64,000 nucleotides of DNA, from the NCBI GenBank assembly GCA_963677435.1, contig OY781945.1:128001-192000 (forward strand). Direction: 5' to 3'. Each line of letters starts with the position of its first letter. Position 1 is the first letter of the stretch. The position numbers and the translations under genes are program-made. Under the pieces are notes generated by a model, which was not told the DNA's origin, did not search any database, and was given only the letters and a program-made list of their open reading frames with translations. Positions 42,929 to 50,899 of the stretch are shown here, one piece after another. This stretch comes from an uncultured Aliarcobacter sp. Lineage in GTDB: Bacteria; Campylobacterota; Campylobacteria; Campylobacterales; Arcobacteraceae.

Positions 42929-43647
42929 TTTAAAGCCTCTATTCCTGTTGTAGTTTTAACATATTTCACACCTGCTGTATCATAAATCAAAGCACCTTTG
43001 GGAATAGAATTAAACTCATTTTCAGTTAGATGCTTAGAAGTATCACTTGTAATAACAATTGGTCCTGTTTTAAATTTATCAATATGATAACAAATTAAAT
43101 AATCAGTTATTTCACCTGAAGTATAGGTAGGTTTTATATAAATATGGCTATCTTTAATACAAGCTTTATCAGAATTGCTTGAGATACAAGTCCCAATTTC
43201 TTTATTTGTATTATTATTTAATGCAATTAAATCAAACAATTGTTTTGCAAAAATATCTTCTAAAATAAAATAAACAGCCCCACTTCTTACATAAGTTCTT
43301 TTTCTATAATTGTCACCCTCATATAAATTTTTTATACCTGAATCACTTGCCAATTCATTCCCTAAAGAATAACTCATTTTAGTTATACCAGATGTTAATG
43401 TTGTAACATTTACTTTATTAGTATCAATAGTAATAAATGAAGTAATTCCTCCACCTAAAAGTGTGTTTATATTCGCCATTGTAGGAAGTTTATAATTATT
43501 CAAAAGATACTCTTCATATGTTCTAGCAACTGATTCTTCATATTGAACTATATTTTTGACATTTTCCAAAGTTTCTTGTCTTTGTTCAAATGTTTCACTT
43601 TGAAGAAAAGAGAAACTAATAATTAAAAATAGAATAAATTTAATCAT
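42925..43647 (-). CDS. exported pilin-head-like protein
   Basis: Sec-type signal, EESVARTYEEYL...KLPT; ATGA coupling on both sides. Confidence 0.6.
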   Translation of the reverse strand: MIKFILFLIISFSFLQSETFEQRQETLENVKNIVQYEESVARTYEEYLLNNYKLPTMANINTLLGGGITSFITIDTNKVNVTTLTSGITKMSYSLGNELASDSGIKNLYEGDNYRKRTYVRSGAVYFILEDIFAKQLFDLIALNNNTNKEIGTCISSNSDKACIKDSHIYIKPTYTSGEITDYLICYHIDKFKTGPIVITSDTSKHLTENEFNSIPKGALIYDTAGVKYVKTTTGIEALK

Positions 43648-44402
43648 AATTCATCTTTTAGTTGATAATATAGCTTTGTTTCAGCAGCTGTTTCATTTAA
43701 ATAAAGTTTATCTTTAATCTTTGATTTAAAGTAATCTATTTTTCTATTTTTTAATACCGTTTCATTCAAAGTACTATCCAATGATATTTCAGTTGTTGTT
43801 CTAAAATCTTGATACATTTTATCATAAGGAATAAAATTATTATCATCATTTAAAAGCTTTGATAAAGTTTCTGATACTGTTTTATCTGAATATAAGATTT
43901 CAACTTCTAAGAAATGAATTGCTCTATTTACACTATTTTCAATCTGTTTGTCAGATAAAATTTCATTTTTATTATTTTCACCAATATTAATAGTATATTT
44001 TTTTGTTTCTTCATCAAAAGAAAGAGTATTTACATCTGTAATGTTTTTTAATTTTGCTTTTAAGGCTAGAAGTTTTAACTTTTCATCTTGACTTATTTCA
44101 ATATTTCCAGCACTATTCACTAGCTCTTTATTTGTTAAAGTGCTATTTTTATTTCTATCAAGTAATAAAACTTTTTCCCAATTTTCACCTTTTGGTAAAT
44201 TGGCAATTATTTCATCTCTTGTAATATCTTGGGGATTTTTGTTGTATTGCTTGGCTAAAAGTGTTTTGATTTCTGAGATTATTTCATAGTTTTCTTGGAT
44301 TTGTTTTGCTTCTTGAACATCACTATATGATTTGTACATAGCAGATGCTGAAAATATAGCTGTAACAATAAGAGCAGACGATAGCCATATATTTCCAAAC
44401 AT
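43644..44402 (-). CDS. pilin-like protein with N-terminal hydrophobic helix
   Basis: hydrophobic N-helix followed by amphipathic EIISEIKTLL helix. Confidence 0.5.
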   Translation of the reverse strand: MFGNIWLSSALIVTAIFSASAMYKSYSDVQEAKQIQENYEIISEIKTLLAKQYNKNPQDITRDEIIANLPKGENWEKVLLLDRNKNSTLTNKELVNSAGNIEISQDEKLKLLALKAKLKNITDVNTLSFDEETKKYTINIGENNKNEILSDKQIENSVNRAIHFLEVEILYSDKTVSETLSKLLNDDNNFIPYDKMYQDFRTTTEISLDSTLNETVLKNRKIDYFKSKIKDKLYLNETAAETKLYYQLKDEL

Positions 44403-44435
44403 TAATAAAAACCCTTCAAAAAAAGAAACTTAAAA

Positions 44436-44517
44436 TAAAAACTAAATACTATTGAGTTTTTAGTACTTAGTTTTTAGTTTATAAAAAAATAAACACTTAG
44501 GCTAAAGCCTAAATGTT
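44436..44517 (-). terminator. two hairpins downstream of the putative major pilin
   Basis: AACACTTAGGC-taaa-GCCTAAATGTT (44492-44517) followed by a U-tract on the minus strand; second imperfect inverted repeat 44436-44476. Confidence 0.65.
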
Positions 44518-44521
44518 AAAA

Positions 44522-45172
44522 TTATAATACTGTACCTAAATCTTTAAAATATATTGTAAATATACCATCACCTAAAGATGCAGCATCTGATTTAACTGTA
44601 CCTGCTGCTCCAGTTGTGTCTAAAACAGTTGCAGGTCGATTTGCTTTAGGAACTTCTCCATCAGCTAAAGCAACTGGACTACCATCAGTTGTTGTTCTAT
44701 CTGTAGATGCTTGAGATGCTAAATCTGAAGAAATCTGTCCTTCTAAAAATGCCGCATTAGTCGCTAATCCATTAAGTAACTCAACTCTAAGTCCTGGTAC
44801 TGAACCTGCACCATTTAAAATTAAAGAAATATTCATTCCTGGGTTAGTTTTTCCACCAAAAGAAATTGCAGAATATGTATTTACTTCACCTGTTGCAAAA
44901 TTAGTTGAGGCAGCTGTTTTATTATCTTTAAGCTGTTCATTAATTTGTTTTGAGAAATATCCAAGATTTGCTAAATCTTTTAATGTTACACCTGCTTTAA
45001 GTTCACCTGTTTTAATTGCAACAATTAAATCACCCCTAATATTATTGATTTCTGTCATTACACTTGTTTTTTGTGCAACACCTTCAATTTTATCACCTGT
45101 TCCACCAAATGTTTGGAACATATAAATCATTGCTCCAACTACTACGATTACCATTGCTATCAACTGTGGCAT
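44522..45172 (-). CDS. putative major pilin-like subunit lacking a class III leader
   Basis: AAGGA RBS, MPQLIAMVIVVVGAMIYMF N-helix, TEINNIR..LKDLANLGYF, Gly/Ala/Thr-rich head. Confidence 0.6.
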   Translation of the reverse strand: MPQLIAMVIVVVGAMIYMFQTFGGTGDKIEGVAQKTSVMTEINNIRGDLIVAIKTGELKAGVTLKDLANLGYFSKQINEQLKDNKTAASTNFATGEVNTYSAISFGGKTNPGMNISLILNGAGSVPGLRVELLNGLATNAAFLEGQISSDLASQASTDRTTTDGSPVALADGEVPKANRPATVLDTTGAAGTVKSDAASLGDGIFTIYFKDLGTVL

Positions 45173-45220
45173 ACTTCTATCCTTTTTGTTAAGTTAAATT
45201 TCTTAGACCTTTAGGTCGGT

Positions 45221-45226
45221 ATTATA
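45221..45226 (-). promoter_or_regulatory. -10 box for the putative major pilin
   Basis: TATAAT on the minus strand about 50 nt upstream of ATG 45172. Confidence 0.5.
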
Positions 45227-45252
45227 CTACAACTTCTTTTAGTTGCACCAAT

Positions 45253-45840
45253 TTACTTGAATACTATACAAACAAAAAGCCCATCATTGTTTGTACCATC
45301 TTCTTTAAAATCTTCTGTTCCAACTGTAGAATCATAAGATTTCCCATTTGTCTGAAAAGTTCCAAAAAGCAACTTTTCACAAAATTCTCTTCCCGAAAAA
45401 CTTTCTGAAAAGATTGCCTTACTCATCAAACTTCCATTTGCACGCATATCAACTAAAAGTTTATATGCACTTCCAGCCGATGTTGCAAATTTTGCATCTG
45501 TACTTAGAACTGGAATCATCTGCCAAACTACTGAACTTGATGGGAATGTTAATTTTGAAGCTTTTGCAGAACCTTTAACATTATCAGTAGATGATGCAGT
45601 TGGTTTTGTCATTTTTATATTTCCTGACAAAATACCAGCATCATACAATACTTCAAAATTAATATCTGATAAACTTCCACCAGATTGGATATATGTATTT
45701 ACATATCCATCAATAACTAAAAACATTGACTTCATTCTATCAAGTTCAGCAGTGATAGAACTATTATCAGATTCATATCTTGTAAGCAAAATAACTGTTG
45801 CCGCAACAATAGCAAGTAGTGAGGATACAAGATAGGGCAT
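45253..45840 (-). CDS. pilin-like protein lacking a class III leader
   Basis: AAGGA RBS before ATG 45840 (MPYLVSSLLAIVAATVILL), LYDAGIL, C-terminal Cys pair. Confidence 0.58.
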   Translation of the reverse strand: MPYLVSSLLAIVAATVILLTRYESDNSSITAELDRMKSMFLVIDGYVNTYIQSGGSLSDINFEVLYDAGILSGNIKMTKPTASSTDNVKGSAKASKLTFPSSSVVWQMIPVLSTDAKFATSAGSAYKLLVDMRANGSLMSKAIFSESFSGREFCEKLLFGTFQTNGKSYDSTVGTEDFKEDGTNNDGLFVCIVFK

Positions 45841-46057
45841 TTTTTTCCTTAAGTAGATATATTCTAACTTCAAATTTATTCTAACATAAGACGCATTAAA
45901 AATTAACTTAAAAAGTTATAATTTAATTATTTTTCTATTATCTTTAGTTACAGGCTTTGTAATTATTGCCTTTATTTATGAATTAATTATTCTTATTTTA
46001 TTACTTTTCTCAAAATTTAAGAAATTAAGTACATATAAATTTTTTAGTATAAATAAA

Positions 46058-46103
46058 AAAAGCCCGATTTAAAAACTCCAAAGAGTAATTAAATCGGGCT
46101 TTT
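46058..46103 (-). terminator. terminator downstream of tRNA-Arg
   Basis: AAAAGCCCGATTTAA...TTAAATCGGGCTTTT. Confidence 0.8.
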
Positions 46104-46106
46104 AGA

Positions 46107-46183
46107 TGGTACGCCTGACAGGAGTCGAACCTGTAACCGCCGGGGCCGAAACCCGATGCTCTATCCAGTTGAGCCACAGACGC
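46107..46183 (-). tRNA. tRNA-Arg (anticodon TCG)
   Basis: cloverleaf GCGTCTG..GCTC-D-GAGC, anticodon loop TTTCGGC, GGTTCGACTCC T-arm, encoded CCA; 77 nt. Confidence 0.96.
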
Positions 46184-46241
46184 ATTTGACATTCTTAAAA
46201 ATAAGGCTGGAATAATAGCACAGCCTTACTTAAAAATTCAA

Positions 46242-47102
46242 TTAAAAGAAAATATTATCTAATACAATCAAAATAAAAAACATGATTCCTAGGTAACCAT
46301 TAACTGTAAAAAAGGCTTTATCTATTTTTTTGAAATCTTTATTTACTAAGTAATGTTCATAAGATAACATCAATGCACTAAGGATAACTGCAACATAAGC
46401 AAAATATGAACTTCCAGAAGCTATAACAAATAAAAGCCAGAAAATCACAGTTAATAAATGAAAAATCTTTGAGATTTTCATTGTTTTTTCAACACCAAAT
46501 TTTGAGGGAATTGAGTGAAGTCCTAGTTTTTTATCAACTTCAATATCTTGCAAAGAGTAAAGTAAATCAAAGCCTGCAACCCAAAACATAACTCCAATAC
46601 TTAATAAAACTGCCCAAAAAGGAATTGTTTCACTAACAGCTACAACACCAGCAATTGGTGCAAGTCCTAATGAGATACCTAAAATTACATGTGCCAAATA
46701 TGAAAATCTTTTGAAATAAGAGTATGAACCAATTACTATCAAAATTGGAATTGATAAATATAATGCTAAATCATTTACAAAATATGCTACTAAGATAAAT
46801 CCCAAAGCATTTAAAGTTACAAAGATAAACATAGAAGAAGCACTGATTCTTCCATCAACATTTGGTCTGTTTATAGTTCGTGGATTCAAGGCATCTATAT
46901 CTCTATCCATAAATCTATTAAATCCCATTGCAAAGTTTCTAGCAGTAAGAGCTGCTAAAATTCCCAAAACAAAAAGTTTAAATCCAAACCAGCCATTTGC
47001 TGCAACTACCATCGCGATAAAGATAAAAGGTAGAGAAAAAATAGAGTGTTTGAACATAACAAGTTCGTTAAAATCGTTTAGTTTTTTTATAAGCTTATTC
47101 AT
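46242..47102 (-). CDS. mqnP: UbiA-family prenyltransferase (futalosine menaquinone pathway)
   Basis: HSIFSLPF, AMGFNR..DRDID..NPRT..RP, YSYFKRF, FDLLYSLQD. Confidence 0.88.
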   Translation of the reverse strand: MNKLIKKLNDFNELVMFKHSIFSLPFIFIAMVVAANGWFGFKLFVLGILAALTARNFAMGFNRFMDRDIDALNPRTINRPNVDGRISASSMFIFVTLNALGFILVAYFVNDLALYLSIPILIVIGSYSYFKRFSYLAHVILGISLGLAPIAGVVAVSETIPFWAVLLSIGVMFWVAGFDLLYSLQDIEVDKKLGLHSIPSKFGVEKTMKISKIFHLLTVIFWLLFVIASGSSYFAYVAVILSALMLSYEHYLVNKDFKKIDKAFFTVNGYLGIMFFILIVLDNIFF

Positions 47103-47193
47103 AAAAAGGATTGTATCAAAGATATTATTAAAAAAATTAGAATTAAACTTTTTCTAGTTATAATCAATTTTATTTTAATTATGAAAGAAACTA

Positions 47194-47397
47194 ATGTTTA
47201 AAATCACCCTATTTATAAGTACCCTACTTTTATCTCTTAGTTTTACAGCTTGCGTTTCAAAAGCTCAAAATGATGTTATAGATTCTGGTTCAAAAGATGT
47301 ATCTGATCTTTTAAGAACTCTTATTCAAAAAGAAAAAGAGATAAATGACTTAAATCAAAAATTAGAAGATTGTAAAAATTCAAAAGCAAAATCATGA
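47194..47397 (+). CDS. small lipoprotein
   Basis: lipobox FTAC and coiled coil; ATGA coupling to miaA. Confidence 0.6.
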   Translation: MFKITLFISTLLLSLSFTACVSKAQNDVIDSGSKDVSDLLRTLIQKEKEINDLNQKLEDCKNSKAKS

Positions 47398-48269
47398 AAG
47401 AAATCGCAATAATAGGTTCAACAGCTTCAGGTAAAACTGCCCTATCTTTAGACTTGGCAGAAAGAACTAATTCAATCATTTTGTCTCTTGATTCGCTTTG
47501 TGTTTATAAAGAGATAGAAATAGCTTCTGCAAAACCAAGCATAGAAGAGAGAGGAAATATAATTCATTTTGGAATAGATGAAGTTTTTCCAAATGAAGAG
47601 TTTGATGTTGTGAAATTTATTGAACTTTATAAAAAAACAAAAGATTATGCAATCAAAAATGAGAAAAATCTTATTATTGTTGGTGGAACTGGATTTTATT
47701 TAAAAGCTTTGATTGATGGATTGTCAAAAGGCGTTGATTCAAAAATCAAACTTGATATTTCTCAACAAGATGCTTATGAACTTCTTTATTCTCTAGATAA
47801 AGACTATATGCAAAAAATTGAAAAGAATGATAGATACAGAATCGAAAAAGCTTATGCTATTTACAAAGAAACAGGTCTTAGCCCTACTTCTTATTTTGAA
47901 AAAAATCCTAAAATTGCTGTTGCAAAAGATTTAAAAATTTTTGAAATTCTTTGGGACAAAGAAGAATTAAAAAATAGAATCGCTCAACGAACAAAAATTA
48001 TGGTAAATTCTGGTCTTATTGATGAAGTTATATTTTTAGAAAAAAAATACACAAGAGAGCCAAATTGTATGGCTTCTATTGGAATTATTGAAACTTTAGA
48101 GTATTTAGATGGAAAACTTTCAAAACAAGAATTAGAAGAAAAAATATCTGCAAATACAGCAAAACTTGCAAAGAGACAAAACACTTTCAATAAGTCCCAA
48201 TTTTTAGATAAAACATCAAATATAATAGAAAACTTAAATTCAGATATTATTAAGTATTTTTCGTTATAA
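47394..48269 (+). CDS. miaA: tRNA dimethylallyltransferase
   Basis: GSTASGKT, SAKP, VGGTGFY, LAKRQ.T. Confidence 0.95.
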   Translation: MKEIAIIGSTASGKTALSLDLAERTNSIILSLDSLCVYKEIEIASAKPSIEERGNIIHFGIDEVFPNEEFDVVKFIELYKKTKDYAIKNEKNLIIVGGTGFYLKALIDGLSKGVDSKIKLDISQQDAYELLYSLDKDYMQKIEKNDRYRIEKAYAIYKETGLSPTSYFEKNPKIAVAKDLKIFEILWDKEELKNRIAQRTKIMVNSGLIDEVIFLEKKYTREPNCMASIGIIETLEYLDGKLSKQELEEKISANTAKLAKRQNTFNKSQFLDKTSNIIENLNSDIIKYFSL

Positions 48270-48350
48270 TCCCGTCCCTAAAGAGTTTTTTAAAGGGCTA
48301 GCAATAGACTTGACCTTTTAATAAACATTAATTACATTAAGGATTATGGC

Positions 48351-48554
48351 ATGAAAAAAGATATTCATCCAGATTATAAAGTTTGTACAATTTCTTGTGC
48401 TTGTGGTAACTCATTTGAAACAAAATCAAATGTTGAGTCTTTAAGAATCGATATTTGTTCATCTTGTCACCCATTCTTTACAGGTGAGCAAAAACTTGTT
48501 GATGCTGCTGGTAGAGTTGAGAAATTCAAAGCTAAATATAACATGGCTAAATAG
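48351..48554 (+). CDS. rpmE: 50S ribosomal protein L31 (Zn-binding type)
   Basis: [27 protein letters not shown]. Confidence 0.97.
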   Translation: MKKDIHPDYKVCTISCACGNSFETKSNVESLRIDICSSCHPFFTGEQKLVDAAGRVEKFKAKYNMAK

Positions 48555-48563
48555 TACAATATT

Positions 48564-49385
48564 ATGTTGTGCTTAGTTCCAACTCCAATAGGAAATCTTG
48601 AAGATATTTCAAAAAGGTCTTTAAGCGTCCTAATGGATGCGGAACTTATTTTTTGTGAAGATACAAGAGTAACAAAAAAACTTCTAAATCTTTTAGGTGA
48701 AAAAAACAACCTAGACTTTTCAAACAAAGAGTATAAATCTTTTCACTCACACAATGAAAATCAAATTTTACAATCTTTAACAAAAGAGACTTTTACTAAA
48801 AATGTTGTTTATGTAAGTGATGCGGGAATGCCTTGCGTTAGTGATCCTGGTGCTACACTTGTGGATTATTGCATAAAAAATGAGATACCTTATGATGTAC
48901 TTCCTGGTGCAAATGCAATTTTAACAGCATATGCAATGAGTGGATTTACTCACACAACTTTTTCATTTTATGGGTTTTTAGACCATAAAGGTGCAAGTCG
49001 TGCTTCAAAATTAAATGATGTTTTAAATGATGATAAATTAGCAATTCTTTATGAATCACCACATAGACTTATAAAACTACTTGAAGAGTTAAGCATAAAA
49101 GATGCAAATAGAACAATATTTTTAGCAAAAGAGATAAGTAAATTACACCAAAAAACCTATAAAAACTCTGCATTAAATCTGTTTAATGAGTTTAAAGAGA
49201 TAAATATTAGAGGTGAATGGGTTGTAATAGTTGAACCAAAAGAGACAGTTGGTTTTAACCTTGAACTAGATGATATACTCTCTTTAGATATTGCACCAAA
49301 AATAAAAGCTAAATTAGTAGCTAAAATGACTGGACAATCAATAAAAGAGGTTTATCAACAAATTTTAGATAGAATCCCCGAATGA
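48564..49385 (+). CDS. rsmI: 16S rRNA C1402 2'-O-methyltransferase
   Basis: TPIGNLEDI, CEDTR, VSDAGMP..SDPG, YESPHR, RGE. Confidence 0.95.
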   Translation: MLCLVPTPIGNLEDISKRSLSVLMDAELIFCEDTRVTKKLLNLLGEKNNLDFSNKEYKSFHSHNENQILQSLTKETFTKNVVYVSDAGMPCVSDPGATLVDYCIKNEIPYDVLPGANAILTAYAMSGFTHTTFSFYGFLDHKGASRASKLNDVLNDDKLAILYESPHRLIKLLEELSIKDANRTIFLAKEISKLHQKTYKNSALNLFNEFKEINIRGEWVVIVEPKETVGFNLELDDILSLDIAPKIKAKLVAKMTGQSIKEVYQQILDRIPE

Positions 49386-50071
49386 TAATATATGGAAAAC
49401 AAATCGTACTTTATGTACTTGACAAACACCCTCATTTAATAGAAGAAGTTTTTCTTTCAAAAGAAATTGATAAAAAACTTTTCTCAAGATTTGCAAAACT
49501 TGACAAAAAAATCCACAAATTGGATAATCAAAAAGCTCAAGCATTAGCAAAAGGTGGAAACCATCAAGGTTTCTTTTTAAAATTAACACATTCTGAATAT
49601 ACAGATATTAAAGAATTTAAAAAAATGAATTTTATTCTTGTATTAGATGGAGTTACTGATGTTGGAAATATTGGAGCAATCGCTAGAACTGCTTATTCTT
49701 TAGGAATAGAAGGGCTAATTGCTGCTGATATTAAAACTGTAAATGATTCTGGAATTTTAAGAACAAGTTCTGGAGCATTACTAGATTTACCATTTATGGT
49801 TCATCCGCGATCTGCTGATTTAGCAAGTGAATTAATTGATTGTGGTTTCACATTAATTGGTGCAACAACAGATGGAGTAGACTTAAAAAAATATGGGAAA
49901 ATTGAAAAAACTGATAAAGTTGCCCTATTTTTAGGAAGTGAAGGAACTGGTATCTCTCCTAAAGTTGCTAAAAAATTAGATTTAAAAGTTTCAATCGCGA
50001 TGGAACATGAATTTGATTCATTAAATGTATCTGTTGCTGCTGGGATTTTGATTTACAATCTTAAAAGATAA
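49382..50071 (+). CDS. rlmB: 23S rRNA Gm2251 methyltransferase (SPOUT)
   Basis: NHQG, LDGVTD.GN.GAI.RTA, GSEG.G, SLNVSVAAGI. Confidence 0.9.
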   Translation: MIIYGKQIVLYVLDKHPHLIEEVFLSKEIDKKLFSRFAKLDKKIHKLDNQKAQALAKGGNHQGFFLKLTHSEYTDIKEFKKMNFILVLDGVTDVGNIGAIARTAYSLGIEGLIAADIKTVNDSGILRTSSGALLDLPFMVHPRSADLASELIDCGFTLIGATTDGVDLKKYGKIEKTDKVALFLGSEGTGISPKVAKKLDLKVSIAMEHEFDSLNVSVAAGILIYNLKR

Positions 50072-50086
50072 AAGAAAGATAATACC

Positions 50087-50896
50087 GTGATAAGAAAAAT
50101 ACTTTTAATAATTACATTAAGCGTAATGCTAAGTGCAAATTTAGATATGAAAATAAAAGATTTATTAGGGAACAGTGATTACAATACTCACAAAAACCTA
50201 ATTAATCATATTTTTAGTAATGAAAGTAATTTTTATACAAATAATCAAATTGATTACACGCGTATTATCCAAGAGTTAATGAATAATGGTGTTTTAAAAT
50301 TAAATCTTTCATCAACTCAAGATATTTCTGTAACATTTAATGTTAATAGTAATCCAAAAAAATCATTAAGAAATTTAAATGATATTTTAAAAGCAATAGG
50401 CCAACCAAATTTTGTCACAAAAGAAGAAATCATTGTTGATAATAATCTTAGATGGACTATTCAACTAAAAACTGCGGCCGCCATAAGCCCTCTCAGATTA
50501 TCTCAAGAGTTACAAGCTATAAATTGTAGAATTGTGGATATAAAAAGAGAGGGAGACTATAATTGGAGTTATTCTATAGATACGACAAATTCTTCAATTT
50601 ATAAAGAAGAAAATCTAGAGGATAACAATCAATTATCTTTAAGAAAACCACTAAAACCTTATATGATAAAAGTAGCAAAAGCTTCAGTTATCACAATAAA
50701 ATCTAATAGTGGAAATACTTGGTTTCCAAGTGTTGTTTTTTATGATAATGGATTAAATATAATTGGAATTTATGAAGAAAATAGTTTGCAAAAGAGTTTA
50801 AAACTCGAAGTGCCTGAAAATACAAAATATATTAAAATTGATGATTTATTTACGCTTGCTAATCTCAAGCAAGGAATTAACATTACTAAGGAGTAA
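50087..50896 (+). CDS. hypothetical periplasmic protein
   Basis: signal peptide ending LSA; operonic. Confidence 0.7.
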   Translation: MIRKILLIITLSVMLSANLDMKIKDLLGNSDYNTHKNLINHIFSNESNFYTNNQIDYTRIIQELMNNGVLKLNLSSTQDISVTFNVNSNPKKSLRNLNDILKAIGQPNFVTKEEIIVDNNLRWTIQLKTAAAISPLRLSQELQAINCRIVDIKREGDYNWSYSIDTTNSSIYKEENLEDNNQLSLRKPLKPYMIKVAKASVITIKSNSGNTWFPSVVFYDNGLNIIGIYEENSLQKSLKLEVPENTKYIKIDDLFTLANLKQGINITKE

Positions 50897-50899
50897 ACA

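Noticed and set aside
44461..44476. TAGTACTTAG resembling the MarR operator
   Set aside because: Only a half-site and explained as one arm of a terminator-like hairpin
45841..45873. Upstream extension MKLEYIYLRKK as a possible prepilin leader
   Set aside because: TTG start lacks an RBS, AAGGA sits right before ATG 45840, and there is no Gly(-1)/Glu5; not fully excluded
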